Source: a virus. From it: 64,000 bases of DNA. Shown here piece by piece: positions 29,701 through 39,200 of the stretch. Where the stretch lies: the IMG/VR virus record IMGVR_UViG_3300043470_000217, positions 1 through 64,000 of that record, one strand, 5' to 3'. The notes beneath the pieces were generated by a model, which searched no databases, was not told where the DNA came from, and worked only from the letters and a program-made list of their open reading frames with translations. Within the stretch, counting starts at the first letter, position 1. Each line of letters begins with the position of its first letter. Made by a program: the position numbers and the translations under genes.

Positions 29701-32700
29701 GCATTTGAAGCTAAAGTATTAGATGCTGAAGAAGATAAATCAAATCCAGTAGATTCATTTGAACGTACTGGTAATGACAAATCATTAAAGGAGTTAGCAT
29801 CTAAGCAAGCTTTGTATATGGTTAAGAGTTTATATCAAGTAAACTCAAAAGGAGAGCCTGTTAAGAATAGATTAGGTTTTAATAAGTTAGTTGATTTTAG
29901 TAAAGCATGGAGTACAGTATCTAAGACTTTAATTAATTCTACAAGCTTTGATGAAGTTTATACTAAGCTAATTGAATTAGAAGCTTCTTTTCCTGAAGCT
30001 GCACAATTAATAGTTAAGTTAGGTGATCCATCACAGTCTCAAAATAGTAATGCTAACTTTAAAAGATGGTTAGGATTTACTCAGACATTTAATAAAACTG
30101 TTGTACCAATTACAGAACAAAGGATATCTGTACAAGATGCTGTTGATGATGAGCCTCGTAAAGTATCAACTCTTATTCAAAGAGCCACAAGTGATACTAA
30201 TAAGATTGCTAATACATTCCGTTCTAAGTTTGTAGTTAACCGTGGTAAATATGTAATTAGAAAAAAAGGATCACTACCTATATTAAATATTAATAAAGTA
30301 TTAGAAGATTTTCCTTCAGTAAATAAATACAATGTATTTAAATTCTTGAAAGCAATTGGATTTTATTTAGATAATAATAAAACATTACTTGCTGCTTTAG
30401 AAAACTCAATACTAGACAGAAAAAGTAAAGATACTTTTATTCAGTATGACTATATTATTGAGGCTTTAGAAAAAGCTAAAGAAGATAAAATAATTATTTC
30501 AGATCCTATTAGATTCTTTAGAGATCCTAAATTAGGTAATCAGTCAGGAACCGTAAGTAAACTATTAACCTTGCAGGCAAGATATAGTGCTAGTGATTTT
30601 AATACTAGTATTATGAACCCTGAAGGCAATATGGAGTATGAGACACAGCAAAGAAACTCTTTAAGTCAGATAATAGATGGTTTTAATAAACTAACCAATA
30701 TTAATCAGATGATAGAGGATCCAGAGTTTGAACATCTTAGTGTTTATTATCCAAGTAATAATCCATATGCTAAAAATTCTTATATTATTAAGTCTTTATT
30801 TGATGAAGCTGGTAATAGAAGAAAAGATGTAATCTTAAGTTTAGAGAACTTAAGCGGTATACGTTCAGATTTAAACGGTATTACTGTTGAAGGTATTAAG
30901 ACTAATAAGCTTAACAAGTATGACAAATTCTTATTTGATGTGCATGCTATCATATTAGGTGCAACTCCTGAGTTACCTCGTCATGCTAGTAAAAGTTCTT
31001 CTTTTGGTATTTACATGAGTAAGTACTATACTGAGAATGGTGTAGATAATCTTATCTTATCTATTAAAGATACTGCTAGATATGGACATGATGCAGCTAT
31101 GCCAATGATTCTTAATTACTTATCTGCAGAGTTAGAAAGAATGTGGTATGTAAATAACATACCTTCTTTACAGAATGTAGATTCATTAAAGAAGAATGGA
31201 AATAAGATTGTTGCTTTTGATAGTGTTTTAACAAAGGCTACAAAAGATAAATTGTATAAACTAGTAGAAGATGCTGGTTCTATAGATGATATCACATACT
31301 CTGATGAATTAGAAAAAGATATCTTTAAAGACAGTCTTGCATATTTCTCAGGACAAGTTAAAAACAACTATAAGATCTGGACCAAGATATCAAATGTTAT
31401 GGGTTCTGTATTATTAAGTCCTGAAATTAGGAATAAGATTGCAGAAGAAACTAGAATTGCTAAAGGTTTAGATAAAGGTAATAAGTTTGCTAATGATTCT
31501 CAAGCTCAGTTAGAGTTAGTTAACCAGGTATTTACTTATAATAGTTGGTTTAATAACTATGAGACTCAGTTATTGTATGGTGATGCCTCACAGTTTCTTC
31601 ATGACAAAGAAGAGTTTCATAAGCGTAATGCATCAATTGCATCTACCGGTGAATTCTCAATACTTGACGATTATACAACTAACTATCTGAATGCCACAAG
31701 CAATAATACATATGCTGAATCTATAGGTTTAAACAAACCTATCTTTAAAAGTGATGTAAATACTACAGTGTTAGATGATGCTGAACCTAATTCTGTATAC
31801 TATGATCACTATAAAAAGATTTTATTAGATCAAGGTGTACCAGAAAGTAGAGTAGAAACTATCTTAAAACCTTATAAAGGTATTAAAGAAGGTGATGGTC
31901 AAGGTTGGATTACTTTTGATTTCTACCGTAACTTCTTAAGGTCATTAAACAAGTGGTCAGATGCTCAAGAAGAGTTATATAATCAGGTTATTAATGATCC
32001 TGAATCTGTAGATCCTAAGAAAGTATCTGAGTTCTTTCCAGTACTTAAGGCCAGTTATTATGGTCCATTAAAGACTGAGAAACTTAATGTATCTGGATTA
32101 CATAAGTTTTCATTGATGCCTTTGATTCCTAGTGTTATTAAAGGAACTAACTTAGAGCAATTCCATAAACAGTTAATAGAACAAAATATTGCATATGCAC
32201 TTTATAAGTCAGGCAGTAAGATTTCTACAATTACATTAGAGGATGGTACAATTCCAAAGATGTATACTGATTTGAATAACCGTGACTTGTATACAGGTCC
32301 ATATGCGGTTAATCCAATTAACTTAAACTTCTTTAAGAATCAGTTAGATATTGCACCATACTTTAAAAGCAAAGTAACGTTAGCTTCTCAGTTACGTACA
32401 ATTATTGAGACTAACCTTTATGAAAAAGGTGAACCAATAACTAAAGAAGCTGGTGTTGTTGTTAAGAGATATGAAAAGTCTATTGATAGTTATGTAAAAT
32501 ATTACAAACAAAAGTTATTTAAAGAAGTAGGTTTAGAGTTTAATGCTTCTGGTAAGTTGGTTAAAGGAGATCCTAAAGATCTTATTAAAGCTATTCAGAA
32601 AGAGTTAATTCGTTTAGAAGTTCCTGAACATCAAATGGATATTCTAGATGTTAATGAGGATGGTACTTTGAAGTATGACTTTGATAGTATCATTAACTCT

Positions 32701-35700
32701 AATGCTATTGAAAAACAGTTGGTTGCTATTATTGAAAGAAAGATTGTTAGACCAACAGTTAGAGGAGAACAATTAGTACAAGTATCTAGTTCCGGATTTG
32801 AAAAACCTAGGTTTACAAAACCAACTGATGAAGAGTTATTAAAGTATGGTACAAATGGTCTTGCCTTTTATGATATTGTAAATGGTAAAATTACAGCCAT
32901 GCAAGTTAAAATTGCATTACAAGGAGACTTCTTAAAACTTCTTGCATTAACTCATACAGATGGTAATAAAATACTTACTAGAGAAAGACTTAATGAAATG
33001 CTTAAGGACAATACATGGAAAGAACGCAACGGTGATGCTATCAAAATGATGGGTGTGCGTATTCCAGTACAAGGTCTTAACTCTATTGAATACATGGAGA
33101 TTGCAGAGTTCTTACCTGCAGAAGCTGGTAGTATTGTTATTGTTCCTACTGAATTAGTTGCTAAGTCAGGTGGTGACTTTGATATTGATAAGTTAAGTAT
33201 ACTAATGCCAAACATCAGTATTAGTACTAATGAATTACTTATATTAGAAGAAGAAACTGGTTTAGATCTTTCAGATACTATTAATTTTGAAGCTGGTGTA
33301 ACAGCTGATGATACCAATATAAGAAACATTGAGAATGAGATACTTAAGTCTATGATTGCAATTATGGAACTTAAGGAAAATTTCTTACAACTTATTACAC
33401 CTAACGAAACAGATATTGTTAAACCAATTGCAGATAAGTTAGCCCAGTTTAATAGAGAGTATGATGCTAGAAAAAAGACAGTTAACCAAGATGCATCATT
33501 TAAAACTATATCTCCTACAAGAATATTTGAAACAGAGTACAATCTTTATAAGCACGAGTCTAATAACATTGGTAAAATTACATTAGGTATTGGTGCTGTA
33601 TCAAACAAATACTCAGTTATCTTAAACCGTGTAGGAGCTTATTTAAATAAAACATATTCTTTCCTTGATAACAAAGGAAAGAAAAAGACTGCTAAGAACC
33701 GCATACTCCTTAAACATAATAAGTCTGATAAGCAGATTTCTTTATCTGATTTAAAATCAGAGGATGCTGCGCATTATATTTCAGATGTAATTTCTCAGCT
33801 TATGAATGGTTGGGTGGACATTGAAAAAGATGCATGGGTATTTGATATGAATGCCATCTATGAATTATCACCAGTATTGTTATATATGTTACAAGCCGGT
33901 GTTAATGTAGAGACTGCTGCTTATTTCTTATCTCAACCTATGATCCGGGATTATATTTCTACGTATAGAGTATTAAACGGAATGTATAGCAAGTCTTTAG
34001 ATACAACTGAAGATAGTGCTAAAGGTGCTGGATTCTTAAAGTATAAAGCAAAGAATTATATAATTAATAAGTATGGTATTTTTGATGCAGATCATAAAGC
34101 ACAACTTAAAAAATTAATAAAGGACCCTTTCTTACTTAAGCAATTGTATCAAGCAAACAGTGGAAAAAATCCATTAGGTGGTAGAAAATCTATAACTCCT
34201 GCTGTAGACATTATGGTTAAAGCATATAATGTATTTGCATTATCTGATAAGAACGTAAAAGACATAGTAGAAAATTATGATACTAAAAGTCCTCTAGCTA
34301 AATTATCATTCTTACATTTCTTAGAGATGGAAGATCAATCTAAAGTAATGAGAGAGATTTCTTCTTCTACTAACGTAGATACAAAGAAGTCAGGTAACTT
34401 ATTCCAAGCTAAGAGTAGAATTACTAAGTTAGAAGATTTAGAAGGTGGTGCTAGACTTCCAGAAGAAGTTGTAAAGAAAATACAAGAGCAATCATCTATT
34501 GCACCATTCTTTATTCAGGATTATATCTTAAATCTATTTAAAGATTATTTTCCGCTGAGAGCTAGTGATAAAATAAATGGTTACTTAACTGATCTTATTA
34601 ATACTAACTACAATGAAATCTATGAAACCTATGGTGATGTAGAAAAGTTTGTAGAGTTGTTTAGAAATGATCTGTTGCAGTTTATCATACAGAACAGTAT
34701 TGGTAGTGTAAATATTAACACTGTTAAAGATTACAAAGGATATAGTGTTAGCGATTCTATTGCAGTAGAAAAAGTAAGAGGTCTTAAAAGAAGTGCTGTT
34801 TACTTAGATGGTGTTATATACATTGATAGAGCCAAGCTACGTGATGAGTATAATAAGAAGACTTATTCTAAAGCATCATATGAAGAAACTGGTTTAGCTA
34901 AATTACCTGGAGATAGGCGCACTGATGTAATTCCTTTGTTTACTTCTGAAAAGCAATATGCTGCATTTGTACTTGAAAGAGAATATCTAAGAGGTACAAG
35001 AGAGCAAGGTGATTTAGCTGATGATCTATATGAAAGCTCTTTAGTTGATGATGCTTTAGCAAACATATACAATCTTAAGACTATGTTCTTTGGAAGTAAT
35101 AGTTTTCCAGATAAATATGAAGCTATAAAATCTATTGTAGGAGAAGATAAGTATTTGTTATTCAATTACTTAGTTTATGATTCACAAGCAATTAAGACTG
35201 CTGGTAAAAACACAGTTATTAAGAATTTACGTTTAACCGGTGATGTTAAAGATCCAGATTTCTTAGCATCTTTAAATGCAGAGTTTGAAGAGTTATCAGA
35301 TGTTACAGTAAATAAAGTTTCTGACCCAATGCTTAACAGAGAGATTTCAGAGTTCTTCCAAAAATTATCTGTATACGGATTTATGCAGTCTGGTATGAAT
35401 TCATCATACTTATCATTTGTACCTATTCTTTCTAGTAATAACTTTAAAGATATTATTAAAACTAATATTGAAGAGTTTACTAAAGTGATTGAAGGTGATA
35501 ATGGTAATACTGCATTGTATAGATATAACCAGGTATTTGAAAAGCAAAACTCTAGAAAGAATAATATCAAGTATAGATTTAAAAACTATGTTATAGATAG
35601 CGTTATTAGCAAGATGGGTGATCCTATTCCAAAACTTCCAGAAGGAACAGCTAGTACCATGACTCCTAGAATATATACATTTAAGTATAATAAGATGGGT

Positions 35701-36291
35701 ATTATTGGTTACATAAATAAATACCCCGGACTTATTGGTGTATACAATGGAGCTAAAGATGGTAGCGGTACTAATGTTATTGCTTCTGATACTTATATGG
35801 GTAATACAAATAAAGTAACTGGTACAACTATACCATTACCAATATTTGAATCTTATGTAGGTAAACCTCAGTATTTAAATTCTGCTAATGCTGCTGATAA
35901 CATTAAACTTGTACAAGATAGTATTGCACAACTTCTAGAAATGTATGAAGCTGGTAAGACATTATTGTTTAATCAAGATGGTTATGGTATTTTTAATGAT
36001 GATCCTAACATAGATCGTAATGCATACATGGAGTTATCTAAGGAATTATACTATAACTTTGGATATTTAAATCCTGTTTTTGCACAAGATCCTGACTTTA
36101 TGGAGTATATTTATTCTGTACAACCTATTAATCAAATCTTTGAAGAAGATTTAGAAATTGCTTCTGATCAAAATGATATCATTGTAGAAGAAACAGATGC
36201 TACTATAATTGATGAGAATGCAAAACCAGTTAATACGTATGCCCCTTTAGGATATCCAGAAGTTGAAGATAAAACAAATGATAGTTGCTAG
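26758..36291 (+). CDS. Virion-associated crAss-like DNA-dependent RNA polymerase with N-terminal zincin domain
   Basis: RIPVQGLNS...GGDFDIDK catalytic motif (nt 33175-33192), DGQGW, and HEAWH...EEYLAE zincin (nt 28969-28983), as in phi14:2 gp66-type RNAPs. Confidence 0.9.
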   Translation: MNCSLSLPQQQQFYAKVFKDLSVITDNKTPYDLKTYVNDFYEQVVAASKDTSLGLTYVQLLPRIIGTIVNKNPNIRKHFRDNNISTDDVLDLRDSFEDIINVEKYIQVKELTPDKLEQIRKKAGIVSSQLEKASQTDEDLDFQAKHSSGLNTTGQEEEVDADGEFTGEADQDPEKLVTFAFIRSIIDRLEKQNLENANSMTIEASNGTIVKGIYMIPITTYTKTGSAITQLTFATLTKDGYKKLFVNERGNITNVEGEDQAEGSLNPIIDFITPNTINGKRDFIFTGTGETSLAPVDELVERVIKNAALNNLEIPDATVLKKQFEEKRAQEVKLVDKFIRTYISDKTQVLPLSIIGGNSGFSLMADPGTRLSEIKIPGTLDIEFGKNGRTYIKIGKYSNKIQVFPEKTSPELAQNVAKLLADTKVSTAIKFGILEKIYNINDDNFNITYDNTKKKPVMVIYSGKDEVYNSENPELTDEGFIKDVLAGVYINISKENIDGSIQLPDYTSGKLVKRNTPYNTFITRNSKVFVALRNDGSIKFFNPSLQYEFTVDALEQMYPTEKKDDNIELAKELYKEILAGKMVTEMTVAQQAIANKYITPELKIEVEEEIAESKKPATTVKPKAKAKPKTVVKNQNVNTAPSGFKGKLDMDLIDEINKSLKRAGFETVNSTPEQIEEIKNWYSSLEVMVDGEKVKLSTLIPVKEAFALTNSDVLGTFTSSGITLFTKAGNKDYTTLYHEAWHAFSQLLLTQEQKQELYNSVRKGVKSLANATDKQVEEYLAEDFRGYVLSEGKKILVKPNENIFEKLWRIIKTFFTGQTDIVDPTVVPLVKELYDNLRLGNLFEYQYSVDNMQFGKLYRGIDPLNEEEPGISLAYSNLINESIDGAFSEIIESSGLNVSAIYTDPRALNFLYNSTKDYFQQVLDETIARVENDPEGTDTVDRNNIQILEYAINNFGDFNEVLKGTEKNGVIAYHRQKSKYLAFEAKVLDAEEDKSNPVDSFERTGNDKSLKELASKQALYMVKSLYQVNSKGEPVKNRLGFNKLVDFSKAWSTVSKTLINSTSFDEVYTKLIELEASFPEAAQLIVKLGDPSQSQNSNANFKRWLGFTQTFNKTVVPITEQRISVQDAVDDEPRKVSTLIQRATSDTNKIANTFRSKFVVNRGKYVIRKKGSLPILNINKVLEDFPSVNKYNVFKFLKAIGFYLDNNKTLLAALENSILDRKSKDTFIQYDYIIEALEKAKEDKIIISDPIRFFRDPKLGNQSGTVSKLLTLQARYSASDFNTSIMNPEGNMEYETQQRNSLSQIIDGFNKLTNINQMIEDPEFEHLSVYYPSNNPYAKNSYIIKSLFDEAGNRRKDVILSLENLSGIRSDLNGITVEGIKTNKLNKYDKFLFDVHAIILGATPELPRHASKSSSFGIYMSKYYTENGVDNLILSIKDTARYGHDAAMPMILNYLSAELERMWYVNNIPSLQNVDSLKKNGNKIVAFDSVLTKATKDKLYKLVEDAGSIDDITYSDELEKDIFKDSLAYFSGQVKNNYKIWTKISNVMGSVLLSPEIRNKIAEETRIAKGLDKGNKFANDSQAQLELVNQVFTYNSWFNNYETQLLYGDASQFLHDKEEFHKRNASIASTGEFSILDDYTTNYLNATSNNTYAESIGLNKPIFKSDVNTTVLDDAEPNSVYYDHYKKILLDQGVPESRVETILKPYKGIKEGDGQGWITFDFYRNFLRSLNKWSDAQEELYNQVINDPESVDPKKVSEFFPVLKASYYGPLKTEKLNVSGLHKFSLMPLIPSVIKGTNLEQFHKQLIEQNIAYALYKSGSKISTITLEDGTIPKMYTDLNNRDLYTGPYAVNPINLNFFKNQLDIAPYFKSKVTLASQLRTIIETNLYEKGEPITKEAGVVVKRYEKSIDSYVKYYKQKLFKEVGLEFNASGKLVKGDPKDLIKAIQKELIRLEVPEHQMDILDVNEDGTLKYDFDSIINSNAIEKQLVAIIERKIVRPTVRGEQLVQVSSSGFEKPRFTKPTDEELLKYGTNGLAFYDIVNGKITAMQVKIALQGDFLKLLALTHTDGNKILTRERLNEMLKDNTWKERNGDAIKMMGVRIPVQGLNSIEYMEIAEFLPAEAGSIVIVPTELVAKSGGDFDIDKLSILMPNISISTNELLILEEETGLDLSDTINFEAGVTADDTNIRNIENEILKSMIAIMELKENFLQLITPNETDIVKPIADKLAQFNREYDARKKTVNQDASFKTISPTRIFETEYNLYKHESNNIGKITLGIGAVSNKYSVILNRVGAYLNKTYSFLDNKGKKKTAKNRILLKHNKSDKQISLSDLKSEDAAHYISDVISQLMNGWVDIEKDAWVFDMNAIYELSPVLLYMLQAGVNVETAAYFLSQPMIRDYISTYRVLNGMYSKSLDTTEDSAKGAGFLKYKAKNYIINKYGIFDADHKAQLKKLIKDPFLLKQLYQANSGKNPLGGRKSITPAVDIMVKAYNVFALSDKNVKDIVENYDTKSPLAKLSFLHFLEMEDQSKVMREISSSTNVDTKKSGNLFQAKSRITKLEDLEGGARLPEEVVKKIQEQSSIAPFFIQDYILNLFKDYFPLRASDKINGYLTDLINTNYNEIYETYGDVEKFVELFRNDLLQFIIQNSIGSVNINTVKDYKGYSVSDSIAVEKVRGLKRSAVYLDGVIYIDRAKLRDEYNKKTYSKASYEETGLAKLPGDRRTDVIPLFTSEKQYAAFVLEREYLRGTREQGDLADDLYESSLVDDALANIYNLKTMFFGSNSFPDKYEAIKSIVGEDKYLLFNYLVYDSQAIKTAGKNTVIKNLRLTGDVKDPDFLASLNAEFEELSDVTVNKVSDPMLNREISEFFQKLSVYGFMQSGMNSSYLSFVPILSSNNFKDIIKTNIEEFTKVIEGDNGNTALYRYNQVFEKQNSRKNNIKYRFKNYVIDSVISKMGDPIPKLPEGTASTMTPRIYTFKYNKMGIIGYINKYPGLIGVYNGAKDGSGTNVIASDTYMGNTNKVTGTTIPLPIFESYVGKPQYLNSANAADNIKLVQDSIAQLLEMYEAGKTLLFNQDGYGIFNDDPNIDRNAYMELSKELYYNFGYLNPVFAQDPDFMEYIYSVQPINQIFEEDLEIASDQNDIIVEETDATIIDENAKPVNTYAPLGYPEVEDKTNDSC

Positions 36292-36293
36292 TT

Positions 36294-39200
36294 ATGAGTA
36301 AGTGTAGATTAGATATACAAAATGACGTATTAAAAACGTACAAGAAAGCATTAGCTAAAGAGGTTGGTCAATTTTTATCTCCAACTGATAGTTTAAGTAC
36401 ATTTTATGTAAATGCCGAAGGTAATACACAAGTAGGTTCTGCAGCTATTGCAAAAGCTGTATTAGAATTAAACCAATATTGGAGAACAAATATGGCTGAG
36501 TTTATTACTTGGGATGGTGACTCTAGAGTATTTGTTAATCCACCTAAGTATGTTGTAGATCATTATTGGGAAGTATATAAAAAGAATAATGATATAACTG
36601 AAGAAAGTCCGGAGTATTACCGTGTTGGTGATGAAGACTTTTTAAATAGCTTATTTCCTTCTGTAGAAATACAAGAAACAGCTAAAGCTCAAGAGATAGC
36701 AACTAAGTTTGCTAATAATCTAGCAGCTCAGACAGGTATCAATTATAAAATGATATCTCCTGAAAAAGCTTCTGAGCTTACAAAAGATACAACTGCTCCC
36801 TGGAATGGTGAACCAGCTTTCTATTATCAAGATACTGTATACTTTATTGAGAATGGATTTAAATTAAATCAAGTATTACATGAATATGCTCACCCAATTG
36901 TTAGAAGTTTATACTTAAACAATTATGATTTATTTAATAATCTATATAATCAGATTATCAGTACTGAAGAAGGTGCAGCAATTGTAAATACGGTTACTGA
37001 ATTATATCCTGAATATGCTATAACTGATCCAAACTTTGCCCAGGAAGTATTTGTAAGAGCTTTAGAACAAGCAGCTGTACAAAAAGCTAATAAGATATCT
37101 TCTAGCACCGGATTTAATTCTTTTATTTCTAATCTATTATTTGCAATTAAGCAGTTAATAAGAAAAGTATTTGGTAAAGGTGTTAAGGTTGAAAAGTTAT
37201 CTGTAGATACTACATTAGATCAATTAGCAGATATGTTAGTTGGTGAGAACTTTATTCTTACAACTGAAGTTATTACACCACAAGATCTAGTTTTATACTC
37301 AAAGAATAATAAAACTCTTTATGCTGATTTAGATAAAGTAAATACTGATGCCCTTGTACAAGTAGTCAATAGATTCTTTTCTAATTCTAAATCTCAATTA
37401 AGCAGAATTAGAACTAATAAAAACTATTCTGACTTTGTAGATACCATTACAACTGAGTCTGGACGTTCTATACTTAAAGATATTGTAGATAATTTACGTG
37501 TTGCTGAAACCACTACAGTAGATGACAAAGTAAAGAAATTTAAGGATGATATAGATAAGAGAGAAAAACAGATTGTTTCACTTGTAAGAAGCTCATTACA
37601 AACAGATGTATTATTAGATAGAATAGTTGATAAGCTTTCAGATATGCAAAGTATGTCTGATACAAAAGAGGTTATCAATCAGACTTTCTACTATGATATC
37701 TTATTACGTAACTGGAACAAGTTTATACAAGAGACTATTAATGGTTTAACAGATTCTGGATTACGTACAGATAGTTCTTTATTTGCATTGTTTTCTAGAA
37801 TGTCTAAGAAAGCAGAACAAGCCGATAGACTTATTAATAATATCTATAAGAAAGGTGTTGGTGGAATTTTAACAGAACAGATAGAACCACTAGCTAAAAA
37901 CGTAGATAAATACTTTACTGATAAACTTGATCTTCTTAAATCTAAGAATGCTCCTCAAAGAGAAATAGAGAAAGTAAAAGCAGAGTGGGAAAGATTAAAA
38001 CTAAACCGTGCTACAATTGATGATTACTTATCAGGTATGCGTGGTGATGTAAATGCTTTATCTGCATATGTAGAAAGTTTTGCCAGCTCACCAGATCCTA
38101 TCATATCAAGCTTCTCTGTATTTTTAGATAATGCATATACAGATGTAGAATTAAAAGCTAAGAAGAATAAGGATGATTTCTTGAATGATCTTTTACCTGC
38201 ATTAAAAGAAGCAGGATACTCTGATAAGAATATATCTGAGCTAATGCAAGAACTAACCTTTGAAGAAGAAGTAGTTATACGTGATAGAGATGGTAACGCT
38301 AAAACATTTAAGAAGTTAGTATTACTTAATCCATTTAAAGCTTTTGAAAAAGTTATTAGTCAGTTTCAATTTGATATTGAAGATGCTAAGAGACTTGGTG
38401 ATATAGAAAAAGCTAGATTACTTAATAAGCAGTTCAGACAATTCTCTCGTGACTATATGCATGATGAGTTTGTACCTGAGTTTTATACTAAAGAAAAGAT
38501 CTATGATTCTGAATTAGGTTCTGTTATCTATCAAAGAAAGCAAGACATCTTAGCTGATATTGCTGATATAGATCAGAGAGTATTTGAAGATCTTACAGAG
38601 GAAGATGCATTTGAAGAAAAGAAAATACTTTGGAAGAAGTATAGTCAGTTAGCTTCTCTGCGTGATGAAGCCGGTAAATTAAAAACTGGTGATGAGTTAG
38701 AGATGGCTAAGATTGAAAAGCAGTATAGAGATGAGTCTAGAAAGTTCTATGAATGGAAAGAGATAACCGGTTTATTTGAGTTTAAATTAAATCAGTTTAA
38801 ACAAGACTTATTAGATCAAGGTCTTACCGTAGACTCTGAAGAGTTTAAAGATAATGTCAATGACTGGATAGATGCTAATACAAGAGTTTCTATTAAGTCA
38901 GAGTTCTATGATAAGAAGCAAGCTATCTTAACAAAGATTAAAGCTATTACTGATACACTTCCTGCAAATGTTGCTAGTAAAGTTGAACAAGGAAAGTTAT
39001 GGGAAGAGTTAATTGATATTGTTATTGGTTTTAGAGATGATGATGGTCAACCTGTAGGATCAGAGATGTCTGAAGAAAGACTTAAACGGATTAAAGAACT
39101 TCAAGAAGAGATCTTAAAGATTAAGAATAACATGGCCACATTTAGTGGTTTAAGTAAATTGCAGTTTGAAAGATATCTAGAGCTTGCAAAACTAATCAAG

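Noticed and set aside
36285-36293. TTG start of the 1855-aa ORF, or readthrough fusion with the RNAP
   Set aside because: The ATG at 36294 follows the RNAP stop by 2 nt in a different frame, and no slippery site is evident
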